In this document: one piece after another, positions 33,284 to 46,645 of the stretch
Position numbering within the stretch: position 1 is the stretch's first letter
Layout of the letters: the number at the start of each line of letters is the position of its first letter
Source: Cyanophora paradoxa CCMP329
Lineage: Eukaryota; Plantae; Glaucophyta
NCBI GenBank assembly: GCA_004431415.1
Contig: QPMI01000179.1
Location: 1 to 64,000, forward strand
Reading direction: 5' to 3'
DNA length: 64,000 nt
Translations under genes and position numbers: made by a program
Notes under the pieces: model-generated
Seen by the model: only the letters and a program-made list of their open reading frames with translations
Told to the model about the DNA's origin: nothing
The model's database searches: none

Positions 33284-36200
33284 CTGGCAAGAATAGTCTC
33301 ACAAGAATAACAGGGATCTTGCATCGTCGGCCAAGACGGAAAATGCACCAAGATTTGTCAAAGAACTCAGTTCTACGCGCTGCGGTTGCGGCGCACATTA
33401 AATTGGCCCGGGGGATACTGGACTGTTTCGACATCGCAGCAGTACCCCTGATAGATATGGCGCCAAAGAAGAACTGGTCACACCCCCACCCCCCCCCCTG
33501 GGCAGCGCCAAGCAAAACTTCTAGGCGACTAGTACTCCCCCTCCCGGCAGCGCCAAGCAAAAAAGCACCAACCCGGCCCCGCCCACCGCCTCGCCAACGG
33601 TTTGTGAACCATGCGCACGCGTGCTCCGGCTCCCAGTGTCCGCCTGCCCCGACCGCCATACCCTTTAATTGCCACTGCCCGGGGTGCCCATCCAGTTCTG
33701 CCCCCGCCCTCCGGGCCCCCTTGCGGCTGCAGGTGTATACCATTATGGTCACCGGCGCCCTGTATATCTTGTGTCACAGTGTAGCGCGGCCCCCTCCAAC
33801 TTCAACCCTTCATGATTAGTATCCCTTCGTGTGTTTCCTGTGCCTCCTTGGCGCCTCCTTCTCCAGCTTTTCTATCTTTTAAATTAAGCAGCAGCTTTTC
33901 ATGTGCAGCTTTTGCTTGTAGCCTGTCTAGATCTAGATCTTGAGAGACATGTATCCGATGATCTATGCTTATGCCATGTTTCGCCGAAGCTGGACCAGCC
34001 CCTCCCCGCCGCCCCCACTGCGCTCCCGCGGGCGCATGTAATCCTTGTTGCCCCCGGCTCCACCAAGCAGAAGCAGCGCTGGGGGTCAGGCCCCCCCGTC
34101 CTTGCCAAACGCCTCGACGCTACGCCCTCCTCCCTGGCGTCCCCATGGAGGAGGCCCTTAAGGAGGTCGCTGCCACGGCCTCATGCTCCCGCAAGGGCAA
34201 GGCCGAGGAGACCGCGGCGGAAGGCGCCGCCCCCGCCCCCCCCCGACCCCGCCCCCGCCCCCACCGCGACGAATGCCACGGCGAACGCCGGCGCGGCGGC
34301 CCAGCTCCTCGCGCTCCTCCAGCGCGACCCCTCGGCCATCGCCTGCCACCCCTCGCTCCAGGTGATCGTGGCGTCCATTGAGGACGACGAGGTGGCGGCG
34401 TAGAGTCCCGGTTCCCTTCGGACGCTTAGTCTAGTGCGGAATTAGGCAGCCAGCCTCAGTGCTGAAACTAGGCAGCTGGCGGCGGCACTCGGGCTGTGGC
34501 AGCTAGCTATATTTCCTCCGAGACCCCCTTCCCCCCTTTCTATCCTCGTTTGCTCTCCCCCCTCCCCTCACCTACTCTTCCCCTCAGCCCAACCTGGCAG
34601 AAAGTGCCCCCCCTCTCCCCCCTCCCCCCAGGGCCAAGGACAACTCCGCTTCACGACCTCCCCACCCTCCAGCTCGACCGTGGATAGCTAGGATAGAACA
34701 GCAAGACGTCTTCCCTCTATGCCGCAGAGCCTCAGAGCTAGCCTTGGTGCCCCCAGGTCAATGATAACGACGGGGCGGTGGTTGTTGTGTTTAATACGAA
34801 TATTGCCCGGTTGGGCTTTTGCAAAAAAAGCTAGTACTCCATGGCCACACCCGGCGAGGTTGCACTGCAATTAAGAAGAGTGCCTGTGCAGTGGGAAAGC
34901 AAAGATAAAGCACTTTGCACAGGAAAGGGAGATTTGCACCGAGAAGCTTGGGGATCGTAAGGAGCGCGAGCTGCTTCCGATTGCGGGCTTGGAGAGCGTG
35001 CCATGCGGTCAAAATCTTCGTGCAGTTCCGCCCCCGCCCTCCGGGCCCCCTTGCGGCTGCGGGTGTATACCATTATGGTCACCGGCGCCCTGTATATCTT
35101 GTGTCACAGTGTAGTGCGGCCCCTTCCAACTTCTACCCTTCATGATTAGTATCCCTTCATGTGTTTCCTGTGCCTCCTTGGCGCCTCCTTCTCCAGCTTT
35201 TCTATCTTTTAGATTAAGCAGCAGCTTTTCATGTGCAGCTTTTGCTTGTAGCCTGTCTAGATCTAGATCTTGAGAGACATGTATCCGATGATCTATGCTT
35301 ATGCCATGTTTCATTCGACTATGCTCTATCTTCATTGCAAACATTTGATTGCCTCAATGGATCTATAGCTAGTACTCCATGGCCACACCCGGCGAGGTTG
35401 CACCGCAATTAAGAAGAGTGCCTGTGCAGTGGGTAAGGAAAGATAGAGCACTTTGCACAGGAAAGGGAGATTTGCACCGAGAAGCGTGGGGATCGTAAGG
35501 AGCGCGAGCTGCTTCCGATTGCGGGCTTGGAGAGCGTGCCATGCGGTCGAAATCTTCGTCTGGTCGATGGCCCGCAGAGTGTCGAACTTAAGGACGAGAT
35601 CTTCAGGAACGTCCCTTCTTTCTATGCGAGCCAGGAGCCTCGGGTCTTTCTTGCCGTCCTTCTTGATCAGTGCCGTGGCTCTCATGCGCACTGCCTTGAG
35701 GCGGATGGCTTCTGCGTCAACCAGTTTCCCCTCTTCCTCCATCGGCTGAATTTCATCCTTGTTCCGGTAAGGGCAAATCTGCAAAGAAGCGCGTACTGGC
35801 ACAGGCCTCTTCAAGAAGCCAAGCGTGAGCAAACCTCTTCAAGGTTGTTGCTCCAACGAAAGCGCTTCTGAACTCGGTCATCATTCAAATGGGACCCCGC
35901 TGGTCCAAGATCTGGCAAGAATAGTCTCACAAGAATAACAGGGATCTTGCATCGTCGGCCAAGACGGAAAATGCACCAAGATTTGTTGAAGGACTCAGTT
36001 CTACGCGCTGCGGTTGCGGCGCACATTAAATTGGCCCGGGGGATACTGGACTGTTTCGACATCGCAGCAGTACCCCTGATAGATATGGCGCCAAAGAAGA
36101 ACTGGTCACACCCCCACCCCCCCCTGGGCAGCGCCAAGCAAAACTTCTAGGCGACTAGTGCTCCCCCTCCCGGCAGCACCAAGCAAAAAAGCACCAACCC

Positions 36201-37904
36201 GGCCCCGCCCACCGCCTCGCCAACAGTTTGTGAACCATGCGCACGCGTGCTCCGGCTCCCAGTGTTCGCCTGCCCCGACCGCCGTACCCTTTAATTGCCA
36301 CTGCCCGGGGCGCCCGTCCAGTTCTGCCCCCGCCCTCCGGGCCCCCTTGCGGCTGCAGGTGTATACCATTATGGTCACCGGCGCCCTGTATATCTTGTGT
36401 CACAGTGTAGCGCGGCCCCCTCCAACTTCAACCCTTCATGATTAGTATCCCTTCGTGTGTTTCCTGTGCCTCCTTGGCGCCTCCTTCTCCAGCTTTTCTA
36501 TCTTTTAAATTAAGCAGCAGCTTTTCATGTGCAGCTTTTGCTTGTAGCCTGTCTAGATCTAGATCTTGAGAGACATGTATCCGATGATCTATGCTTATGC
36601 CATGTTTCATTCGACTATGCTCTATCTTCATTGCAAACATTTGATTGCCTCAATGGATCTATAGCTAGTACTCCATGGCCACACCCGGCGAGGTTGCACC
36701 GCAATTAAGAAGAGTGCCTGTGCAGTGGGTAAGGAAAGATAGAGCACTTTGCACAGGAAAGGGAGATTTGCACCGAGAAGCGTGGGGATCGTAAGGAGCG
36801 TGAGCTGCTTCCGATTGCGGGCTTGGAGAGCGTGCCATGCGGTCAAAATCTTTGTCTGCTTGATGGCCCCGCAGAGTGTCGAACATAAGGACGAGATCTT
36901 CAGGAACGTCCCTTCTTTCTATGCGAGCCAGGAGCCTCGGGTCTTTCTTGCCGTCCTTCTTGATCAGCGCCATGGCTTGCATGTGCGCTGCCTTGCGGCG
37001 GATGGCTTCTGCGTCAACCAGTTTCCCCTCTTCCTCCATCTGCTGAATTTCATCCTTGTTCAGGTAAGAGCAAATCTGCAAAGAAGCGTCTATGGGCACA
37101 GGCCTCTTCAAGAAGCCAAGCGCGAGCAAACCTCTTCAAGGTTGTTGCTCCAACGAAAGCGCTTCTGAACTCGGTCGTCATTCAAATGGGACCCCGCTGG
37201 TCCAATATCTGGCAAGAATAGTCTCACAAGAATAACAGGGATCTTGCATCGTCGGCCAAGACGGAAAATGCACCAAGATTTGTTGAAGGACTCAGTTCTA
37301 CGCGCTGCGGTTGCGGCGCACATTAAATTGGCCCGGGGGACACTGGACTGTTTCGACATCGCAGCAGTACCCCTGATAGATATGGCGCCAAAGAAGAACT
37401 GGTCACACCCCACCCCCCCCCCTGGGCAGCGCCAAGCAAAACTTTGAGGGGACTAGTACTCCCCCTCCCGGCAGCGCCAAGCAAAAAAGCACCAACCTGG
37501 CCCCGCCCACCGCCTCGCCAATGGTTTGTTGAACCATGCGCACGCGTGCTCCGGCTCCCAGTGTCCGCCTGCCCCGACCGCCGTACCCTTAAATTGCCAC
37601 TGCCCAGAGCGGCCGTGCAGTTCCACCCCCGCCCTCCGGGCCCCCTTGCGGCTGCAGGTGTATACCATTATGGTCACCGGCGCCCTGTATATCTTGTGTC
37701 ACAGTGTAGCGCGGCCCCCTCCAACTTCTACCCTTCATGATTAGTATCCCTTCGTGTGTTTCCTGTGCCTCCTTGGCGCCTCCTTCTCCAGCTTTTCTAT
37801 CTTTTAGATTAAGCAGCAGCTTTTCATGTGCAGCTTTTGCTTGTAGCCTGTCTAGATCTAGATCTTGAGAGACATGTATCCGATGATCTATGCTTATGCC
37901 ATGT

Positions 37905-38336
37905 TTCGCCGAAGCTGGACCAGCCCCTCCCCGCCGCCCCCACTGTGCTCCCACGGGCGCATGTAATCCTTGTTGCCCCCGGCTCCACCAAGCAGAAGCA
38001 GCGCTGGGGGTCAGGCCCCCCCGTCCTTGCCAGACGCCTCGACGCTACGCCCTCCTCCCTGGCGTCCCCATGGAGGAGGCCCTTAAGGAGGTCGCTGCCA
38101 CGGCCTTGTGCTCCCGCAAGCGCAAGGCCGAGGAGACCGCGGCGGAAGGCGCTGCCCCCGCCCCCGCCACCCCCCCCGCCCCCGCCCCTGCCCCCGCCGC
38201 GACGAATGCCACGGCAAACGCCGGCGCGGCGGCCCAGCTCCTCGCGCTCCTCCAGCGCGACCCCTCGGCCATCGCCTGCCACCCCTCGCTCCAGGTGATC
38301 GTGGCGTCCATTGAGGACGACGCGGCGGCGGCGTAG
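37905..38336 (+). other. Captured 3' end of a GC-rich gene inside the HOR (second copy ~33982-34403)
   Basis: ...PMEEALKEVAATALCSRKRKAEETAAEG...QVIVASIEDDAAAA*, GC3-rich, followed by UTR-like sequence. Confidence 0.4.
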
Positions 38337-41300
38337 AGTCCCGGTTCCCTTCGGACGCTTAGTCTAGTGCGGAATTAGGCAGCCAGCCTCAGTGCTGAAA
38401 CTAGGCAGCTGGCGGCGGCACTCGGGCTGTGGCAGCTAGCTATATTTCCTCCGAGACCCCCTTCCCCCCTTTCTATCCTCGTTTGCTCTCCCCCCTCCCC
38501 TCACCTACTCTTCCCCTCAGCCCAACCTGGCAGAAAGTGCCCCCCCCCTCTCCCCCCCTCCCCCCAGGGCCAAGGACAACTCCGCTTCACGACCTCCCCA
38601 CGCTCCAGCTCGACCGTGGATAGCTAGGATAGAACAGCAAGACGTCTTCCCTCTATGCCGCAGAGCCTCAGAGCTAGCCTTGGTGCCCCCCCAGGTCAAT
38701 GATAACGACGGGGCGGTGGTTGTTGTGTTTAATACGAATATTGCCCGGTTGGGCTTTTGCAAAAAAAGCTAGTACTCCATGGCCACACCCGGCGAGGTTG
38801 CACTGCAATTAAGAAGAGTGCCTGTGCAGTGGGAAAGCAAAGATAAAGCACTTTGCACAGGAAAGGGAGATTTGCACCGAGAAGCTTGGGGATCGTAAGG
38901 AGCGCGAGCTGCTTCCGATTGCGGGCTTGGAGAGCGTGCCATGCGGTCAAAATCTTCGTGCAGTTCCGCCCCCGCCCTCCGGTCCCCCTTGCGGCTGCAG
39001 GTGTATACCATTATGGTCACCGGCGCCCTGTATATCTTGTGTCACGGTGTAGCGCGGCCCCCTCCAACTTCAACCCTTCATGATAAGTATCCCTTCATGT
39101 TTAGATTTAGATCTTGAGAGACATGTATCCGATGATCTATGCTTTTGCAATGTTTCGTTCGATGCTATGCTCTATCTTCATTGCAAACATTTGATTGCCT
39201 CAATGGATCTATAGCTAGTACTCCATGGCCACACCCGGCGAGGTTGCACCGCAATTAAGAAGAGTGCCTGTGCAGTGCGTAAGGAAAGATAGAGCACTTT
39301 GCACAGGAAAGGGAGATTTGCACCGAGAAGCGTGGGGATCGTAAGGTGCGCGAGCTGCTTCCGAGTGCGGGCTTGGAGAGCGCGCCATGCTGTCGAAATC
39401 TTCGTCTGCTCTATGGCCCGCAGAGTGTCAAACTTGAGGACGAGATCTTCAGGAACCTCCCTTCTTTCTATGCGAGCCAGGAGCCCCGGGTCATTCTTGC
39501 CGTCCTTCTTGATCAGCGTCATGGCTTGCATGTGCGCTGCCTTGCGGCGGATGGCTTCTGCGTCAACCAGTTTCCCCTCTTCCTCCATCTGCTGAATTTC
39601 ATCCTTGTTCAGGTAAGAGCAAATCTGCAAAGAAGCGTCTATGGGCGCAGGCCTCTTCAAGAAGCCAAGCGCGAGCAAACCTCTTCAAGGTTGTTGCTCC
39701 AACGAAAGCGCTTCTGAACTCGGTCGTCATTCAAATGGGACCCTGCTGGTCCAAGATCTTGCAAGAATAGTCGGACAAGAATAACAGGGATCTTGCATCG
39801 TTGGCCAAGACGGAAAACGCACCAAGGTTGGTCGAAGGACTCAGTTCTACGCGCTGCGGTTGCGGCGCACATAAAATTGGCCCGGGGGACACTGGACCGT
39901 TTCGACATCGCAGCAGTACCCCTGATAGATATGGCGCCAAAGAAGAACTGGTCACCCCCCCCCCCCCCTGGCAGCGCCAAGCAAAACTTGGAGGCGACTA
40001 GTACTCCCCCTCCCGGCAGCGCCAAGCAAAAAAGCACCAACCCGGCCCCGCCCGCCGCCTTGCCAACGGTTTGTGAACCATGCACATGCGTGTACCCTTT
40101 TATTGCCACTGCCCGGGGCGCCCGTGCAGTTCTGCCCCCGCCCTCCGGGCCCCCTTGCGGCTGCGGGTGTATACCATTATGGTCACCGGCGCCCTGTATA
40201 TCTTGTGTCACAGTGTAGTGCAGCCCCCTCCAACTTCAACCCTTCATGATAAGTATCCCTTCATGTCTAGATCTAGATCTTGAGAGACATGTATCCGATG
40301 ATCTATGCATATGCCATGTTTCGTTCGATGCTATGCTCTATCTTCATTGCAAACATTTGATTGCCTCAATGGATCTATAGCTAGTACTCCATGGCCACAC
40401 CCGGCGAGGTTGCACCGCAATTAAGAAGAGTGCCTGTGCAATGGGTAAGGAAAGATAGAGCACTTTACACAGGAAAGGGAGATTTGCACCGAGAAGCGTG
40501 GGGATCGTAAGGTGCGCGAGCTGCTTCCGAGTGCGGGCTTGGAGAGCGCGCCATGCGGTCAAAATCTTTGTCTGCTTGATGGCCCGCAGAGTGTCGAACT
40601 TAAGGACGAGATCTTCAGGAACGTCCCTTCTTTCTATGCGAGCCAGGAGCCCCGGGTCTTTCTTGCCATCCTTCTTGATCAGCGCCATGGCTTGCATGTG
40701 CGCTGCCTTGCGGCGGATGGCTTCTGCGTCAACCAGTTTCCCCTCTTCCTCCATCTGCTGAATTTCATCCTTGTTCAGGTAAGGGCGAATCTGCAAAGAA
40801 GCGCGTACTGGCACAGGCCTCTTCAAGAAGCCAAGCGTGAGCAAACCTCTTCAAGGTTGTTGCTCCAAAGAAAGCACTTCTGAACTCGGTCGTCATTCGA
40901 ATGGGACCCCGCTGGTCCAAGATCTGGCAAGAATAGTCGGACAAGAATAACAGGGATCTTGCATCGTCGGCCAAGACGGAAAACGCACCAAGGTTGGTCG
41001 AAGGACTCAGTTCTACGCGCTGCGGTTGAGGCGCACATAAAATTGGCCCGGGGGACACTGGACCGTTTCGACATCGCAGCAGTACCCCTGATAGATATGG
41101 CGTCAAAGAAGAACTGGTCACCCCCCCCCCTCGGCAGCGCCAAGCAAAACTTCGAGGCGACTAGTACTCCCCCTCCCGGCAGTGCCAAGCAAAAAAGCTC
41201 CAACCCGGCCCCGCCCGCCGCCTTGCCAACGGTTTGTGAACCATGCACACGCGTGCACCGGCTCCCAGTGTCTGCCTGCCCCGACCGCCGTACCCTTTAA

Positions 41301-41841
41301 TTGCCACTGCCCAGAGCGGCCGTGCAGTTCCACCCCCCGCCCTCCGGGCCCCTTGTGGCTACAGGTGTATACCATTATGGTCACCGGCGCCCTGTTTATC
41401 TTGTGTCACGGTGTAGCACGGCCCCCTCCAACTTCAACCCTTCATGATAAGTATCCCTTCATGTCTAGATCTAGATCTTGAGAGACATGTATCCGATGAT
41501 CTATGCATATGCCATGTTTCGTTCGATGCTATGCTCTATCTGCATTGCAAACATTTGATTGCCTCAATGGATCTATAGCTAGTACTCCATGGCCACACCC
41601 GGCGAGGTTGCACCGCAATTAAGAAGAGTGCCTGTGCAATGGGTAAGGAAAGATAGAGCACTTTACACAGGAAAGGGAGATTTGCTCCGAGAAGCGTGGG
41701 GATCGTAAGGTGCGCGAGCTGTTTCCGAGTGCGGGCTTGGAGAGCGCGCCATGCGGTCGAAATCTTCGTCTGCTCTATGGCCCGCAGAGTGTCGAGCTTA
41801 AGGACGAGATCTTCAGGAACATCCCTTCTTTCTGTGCGAGC

Positions 41842-42019
41842 TGAGCTGAAAAGTAGTTCGCCTAAGTCAGTGTGTCATAGTACCCCCTGATGTACCCTAG
41901 CCTAGCAAGATGTATGGGGGCTTGCCCCTCAGTTGGTGTGTTGGGTGGATAATACAGTGTGGTGTCCAGGAACTTATCCTGGTACATCAGTGTGTGAACC
42001 CATAGTGTACTACGGGACA
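41842..42019 (+). mobile_element. 5' LTR (178 bp, TGAGCTG...GGGACA)
   Basis: About 11 differences from the LTR at 51216-51392; followed by a PBS. Confidence 0.88.
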
Positions 42020-42021
42020 TT

Positions 42022-42039
42022 TGGGGCCAATACCGGGGA
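42022..42039 (+). promoter_or_regulatory. PBS (tggggccaataccgggga), isoacceptor uncertain
   Basis: 2 nt after the LTR CA; the complement has tRNA 3'-end geometry (...CCCGG TATTGGC C CCA). Confidence 0.6.
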
Positions 42040-42411
42040 TTTTAACACGCGGACTGTGTGTTGTGGATTTTCAGAAAAAGTGTTTTTTTATGCAACATGG
42101 ACGGATTTTTAATGTTTTGTGGATTGGGCCACCTTCAGGAGTATTTGTAAGAGTTCGTCACACGACACCGGACAACCTGCCATTTTCCGGACCTTACATT
42201 CCGGAATTCGCGGGCCGTAATTATTTCGGTCTCGTGCTGGAATCGGCCTCGGAAAAGTGTCTGAGGACCAGTTGCGTCGCTTTCGACGGCCGGTTCATTT
42301 TCTACATTCGCGACACCAACATTCATCAACTTCACTCCGTGCACACTCAGCCTGAGTGTTTCGCAACCACTTATCCCACCTACTGTGGTCTCGACACGTT
42401 CATGCGTATCG

Positions 42412-42580
42412 TAGGGTTCTTGTTTCAAGTCAGCGCTCCCCCTGTTGTCCCCCAAAAATTCACAGGGGTCCCCATCCATACAAAAAAGTGGGCAGGGAGC
42501 CCTGGTTCGATTCAGAGCACTCTGTCAGGTTTGGATTATTCAATTGGGTGCCGCTTTTGGGGTTCTTATTTGAGTTCAAT
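42412..42580 (+). repeat. SatB segment
   Basis: gggttcttgtttcaagtcagcgctcccc... Confidence 0.9.
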
Positions 42581-42905
42581 GCGGTTCAAGGCAGATGCAA
42601 GTCTGTGCTGCCATGCAAATCGGCACAAATGAAGTGTTGGCAATTGGGGCCTGCTATTGCTTGGCAAGGCAAGAGCACCTTTTCGGCGCCTTCCACAATC
42701 AAAATCAAAGCTAGCGCCCGTGATATAGGCCAGGTACACTTCTCCGTCAGTAAAAAGATCAATTCTCATGATCATCATGAACACTGCATGCATGGGTGCT
42801 GAGATGCTCAGTGCGAGCCATATTGAAACCTAGGGCCCATATCTCATACACCCCTGAGCATGCTGCTGGGGGTTTGCAAGGGCGCTGAATTTGATTGTAA
42901 AGTCC
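42581..42905 (+). repeat. SatC unit, circularly permuted relative to 9598-9930
   Basis: The cggttcaaggcagatgc half precedes the gatcaattctcatgatc half. Confidence 0.85.
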
Positions 42906-44943
42906 TGCCCACTGTTTTGTGTGGGTGGGGACCCCTGTGAATTTTTAGGGGACAACAGGGGGAGCGCTGACTTGAAACAAGAACCCCGTAAAGAGACACC
43001 CATTCACATCATCCAAACCTGATTGAGTGTTCTGGAACACTCCAGCACTCCCTGCACACTGTTTTGTGTGGGTGGGGACCCCTGTGAGTTTTTGAGGGGC
43101 AACAGGGGGAAGCGCTGACACCAAAACAAGAAACTAGAACTGCAACACCCATTCTCCTCATGTGAACCTGACAGAGTGCTCTGGAACAATCCAGTTCTCC
43201 CTGCCCACTGTTTTGTGTGGGTGGGGACCCCTGTGAGATTTTGGAGGGGCAACTGGGGGAAGTGCTGACCCCAAAACAAAAAACTAGAAAAACAACACCT
43301 ATTCGCCTCATCCAAAACCTGATTGAGTGTTCTGGAACACTCCAGCACTCCCTGCTCACTGTTTTGTGTGGGTGGGGACCCCTGTGAGTTTTTGGGGTGC
43401 AACTGGGGGAAGCGCTGACCCCCAAACACTAGAAAAACAACACCAATTCTCCTCATATGAACCTGACAGAGTGCTCTGGAACACCCCAGGGCTCCCTGCA
43501 CACTGTTTTGTGTGGACATGGACCCCTGTGAGATTCTGGGGAGCAATAGGGGGAGCATTGAACTCAAATAAGAACCCCAAAAGCGGCACCCATTTGAATA
43601 ATCCAAACCTGACAGAGTGCTCTGAATCGAACCAGGGCTCCCTGCCCACTTTTTTGTATGGATGGGGACCCCTGTGAATTTTTGGGGGACAACAGGGGGA
43701 GCGCTGACTTGAAACAAGAACCCCGTAAAGAGACACCCATTCACATCATCCAAACCTGATTGAGTGCTCTGGAACAATCCAGTTCTCCCTGCCCACTGTT
43801 TTGTGTGGGTGGGGACCCCTGTGAGATTTTGGAGGGGCAACTGGGGGAAGTGTTGACCCCAAAACAAAAAAACTAGAAAAACAACACTTATTCGCCTCAT
43901 CCAAAACCTGATTGAGTGTTCTGGAACAATCCAGTTCTCCCTGCCCACTGTTTTGTGTGGGTGGGGACCCCTGTGAGTTTTTGGGGTGCAACAGGGGGAA
44001 GCGCTGACCCCCAAACAAGAAACTAGAAATACAACACCCATTCTCCTCATGTGAACCTGACAGAGTGCTCTGGAACACCCCAGGGCTCCCTGCACACTGT
44101 TTTGTGTGGGTGGGGACCCCTGTGAGATTCTGGGGAGCAATAGGGGAGCATTGAACCCAAATAAGAACCCCAAAAGCGGCACGCAATTGAATAATCCAAA
44201 CCTGACAGAGTGCTCTGGAACAATCCAGGGCTCCCTGCCCACTGTTTTGTATGGATGGGGACCCCTGTGAATTTTTGGGGGACAACAGGGGGAGCGCTGA
44301 CTTGAAACAAGAACCTTGTAAAGAGACACCCATCCACATCATCCAAACCTGATTGAGTGTTCTGGAACACTCCAGCACTCCCTGCACACTGTTTTGTGTG
44401 GGTGGGGACCCCTGTGAGTTTTTGGGGTGCAACAGGGGGAAGCGCTGACACCAAAACAAGAAACTAGAACTGCAACACCCATTCTCCTCATGAAAACCAG
44501 ACAGAGTGCTCTGGAACAATCCAGCACTCCCTGCCCACTGTTTTGTGTGGGTGGGGACCCCTGTGAGATTTTGGGGTGCAACAGGGGGAAGCGCTGACCC
44601 CCAAACAAGAAACTAGAGAAACAACACCCATTCTTCTCATGTGAACCTGACAGAGTGCTCTGGAACACCCCAGGGCCCCCTGCGCACTGTTTTGTGTGGG
44701 TGGGGACCCCTGTGAGTTTTTGGGGTGCAACAGGGGGAAGCGCTGACCCCCAAACAAGAAACTAGAAAAACAACACCCATTCTCCTCATATGAACCTGAC
44801 AGAGTGCTCTGGAACAGCCCAGGGCTCCCTGCACACTGTTTTGTGTGGACATGGACCCCTGTGAGATTCTGGGGAGCAATAGGGGGAGCATTGAACTCAA
44901 ATAAGAACCCCAAAAGCAGCACCCAGTTGAATAATCCAAACCT
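42906..44943 (-). repeat. SatB array, ~14 monomers of several subtypes
   Basis: aacctg marker at 43016, 43165, 43316, 43460, 43606, 43753, 43905 (144-152 bp spacing). Confidence 0.97.
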
Positions 44944-45092
44944 GCAGCATAACAGAAAACAGGAACTGCTATTTGAGTAGACATTTTTACAATAGATGGA
45001 GAATTTTATGTAACACTAACAAGATAACAAGAAAAATAGTATCTGATATCAAATGAAAGAGTTGCGGCAGAAATTTTTCGAACATTGAAGGA

Positions 45093-45565
45093 GTCCCATC
45101 CATACAAAACAGTGGGCAGGGAGCCCTGGATTGTTCCAGAGCACTCTGTCAGGTTTGGATTATTCAATTGGGTGCCGCTTTTGGGGTTCTTATTTGGGTT
45201 CAATGCTCCCCTATTGCTCCTCAGAATCTCACAGGGGTCCATGTCCACACAAAACAGTGTGCAGGGGGCCCTGGGGTGTTCCAGAGCACTCTGTCAGGTT
45301 CACATGAGGAGAATGGGTGTTGTTTTTCTAGTTTCTTGTTTGGGGGTCAGCGCTTCCCCCTGTTGCACCCCAAAAACTCACAGGAGTCCCCACCCACACA
45401 AAACAGTGAGCAGGGAGTGCTGGAGTGTTCCAGAACACTCAATCAGGTTTTGGATGAGGCGAATAGGTGTTGTTTTTCTAGTTTTTTGTTTTGGGGTCAA
45501 CACTTCCCCCAGTTGCCCCTCCAAAATCTCACAGGGGTCCCCACCCACACAAAACAGTGGGCACC
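45093..45565 (+). repeat. SatB, ~3 monomers
   Basis: Same monomer as the 42906-44943 array, opposite orientation. Confidence 0.93.
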
Positions 45566-45569
45566 CATA

Positions 45570-46495
45570 GCAATATTGAGTATCTCGTATTAGTGAGCTG
45601 TATAGCTGTTTATTAGTGAGAGTAGAGCTATTTGTTGTTATTATACTTTGACCCCCTGGGTCTTGGTCATTTACTTTTAAAGAGAGAATTATTGGACTAC
45701 TTGATGTTGAATGGGCATATGCTGTAAATCTGTAATGACCTGCAACAGGAGCAGTGAACCTTCCATTACTTACATTGAATGCCCCCCTATTATTCAGAAA
45801 CACTTTTCCCCAATTGATAAGAGCAGTTTCACTGGTAGCAACATGAGGATTTTTAAGTTGAACAGAAAATCAAGGCTGAAACTCATGTTTCAAGTAGCAG
45901 TTTGCATTAATTGTCACACGATTGGCTTCAAGAGTAGCCATTACATCACTATTGAGTTTCAAAACAAGATTAACATTTGCTCCTGTATCGACTTCAGGTC
46001 TGACCACTTTGGTAGCTTCTGTAACCGTTTGGCTGGCTTGGCATGTTTTATACATACTCTTCTTCTTCTTCTTTGCTATTATCGATAGTGTTGTTTCTGG
46101 AATACTTATGCCTCCATTGGCTGTTACTGAACCTGTGAATATGCTTGTTCCTGTAATGCTAACTTGATTGGCTGTTAGAGTTCCTTCAATGCTTGCCCCA
46201 TCTCCAATGTATGCCCCTCCATTTCTAACTAACTTATCAAAAGTAACTATTTTGGGTGTTGTGAACCCTCCCACCTTGTCATAAATTGCTGTATCTGAAA
46301 CAATTCGACCTGATTGGACTTGGTTCTTGTTAGATACAATGAGACCTGTGGTTCTCAATTTTCCCCCATTGCGATCACATCGAATTTCTTTGCATCTAAT
46401 CACACAGTTCTTTGAAAACGAATCAGCCCCTGTTGTTTCTGCAAATAAACCCAGGTGTTGCGTCTGTGACAGTATGGTTAAGTTGATGTACTTTG
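45570..46495 (-). pseudogene. Virus-like fibre protein with C-terminal C1q-like domain, one in-frame TGA
   Basis: ORFs 45870-46655 and 45378-45803 share a frame: KEIRCDRNGG...GASIEGTLTANQVSITGTSIFTGSVTANGG...QP*FSV...NNRGAFNVSNGRFTAPVAGHYRF. Confidence 0.7.
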
Positions 46496-46645
46496 GGTGG
46501 AAGCGCTGACCCCCAAACACTAGAAAAACAACACCAATTCTCCTCATATGAACCTGACAGAGTGCTCTGGAACACCCCAGGGCTCCCTGCACACTGTTTT
46601 GTGTGGACATGGACCCCTGTGAGATTCTGGGGAGCAATAGGGGGA
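46496..46645 (-). repeat. SatB monomer between two fibre paralogues
   Basis: Near-identical to ~43410-43555. Confidence 0.9.

Larger units (their letters stand above)
30612..41841. repeat. Macrosatellite: ~1.2-1.3 kb unit arranged in a ~3.93 kb higher-order repeat
   Basis: The marker ctagtactccatggccacacccgg occurs at ~30901, 31440, 32740, 34830, 35367, 36664, 38768, 39214, 40380, 41578. Confidence 0.97.

Noticed and set aside
42906-44943. Long ORFs (e.g. 441 aa at 43004-44329)
   Set aside because: Translations of SatB monomers cycling through all three frames.
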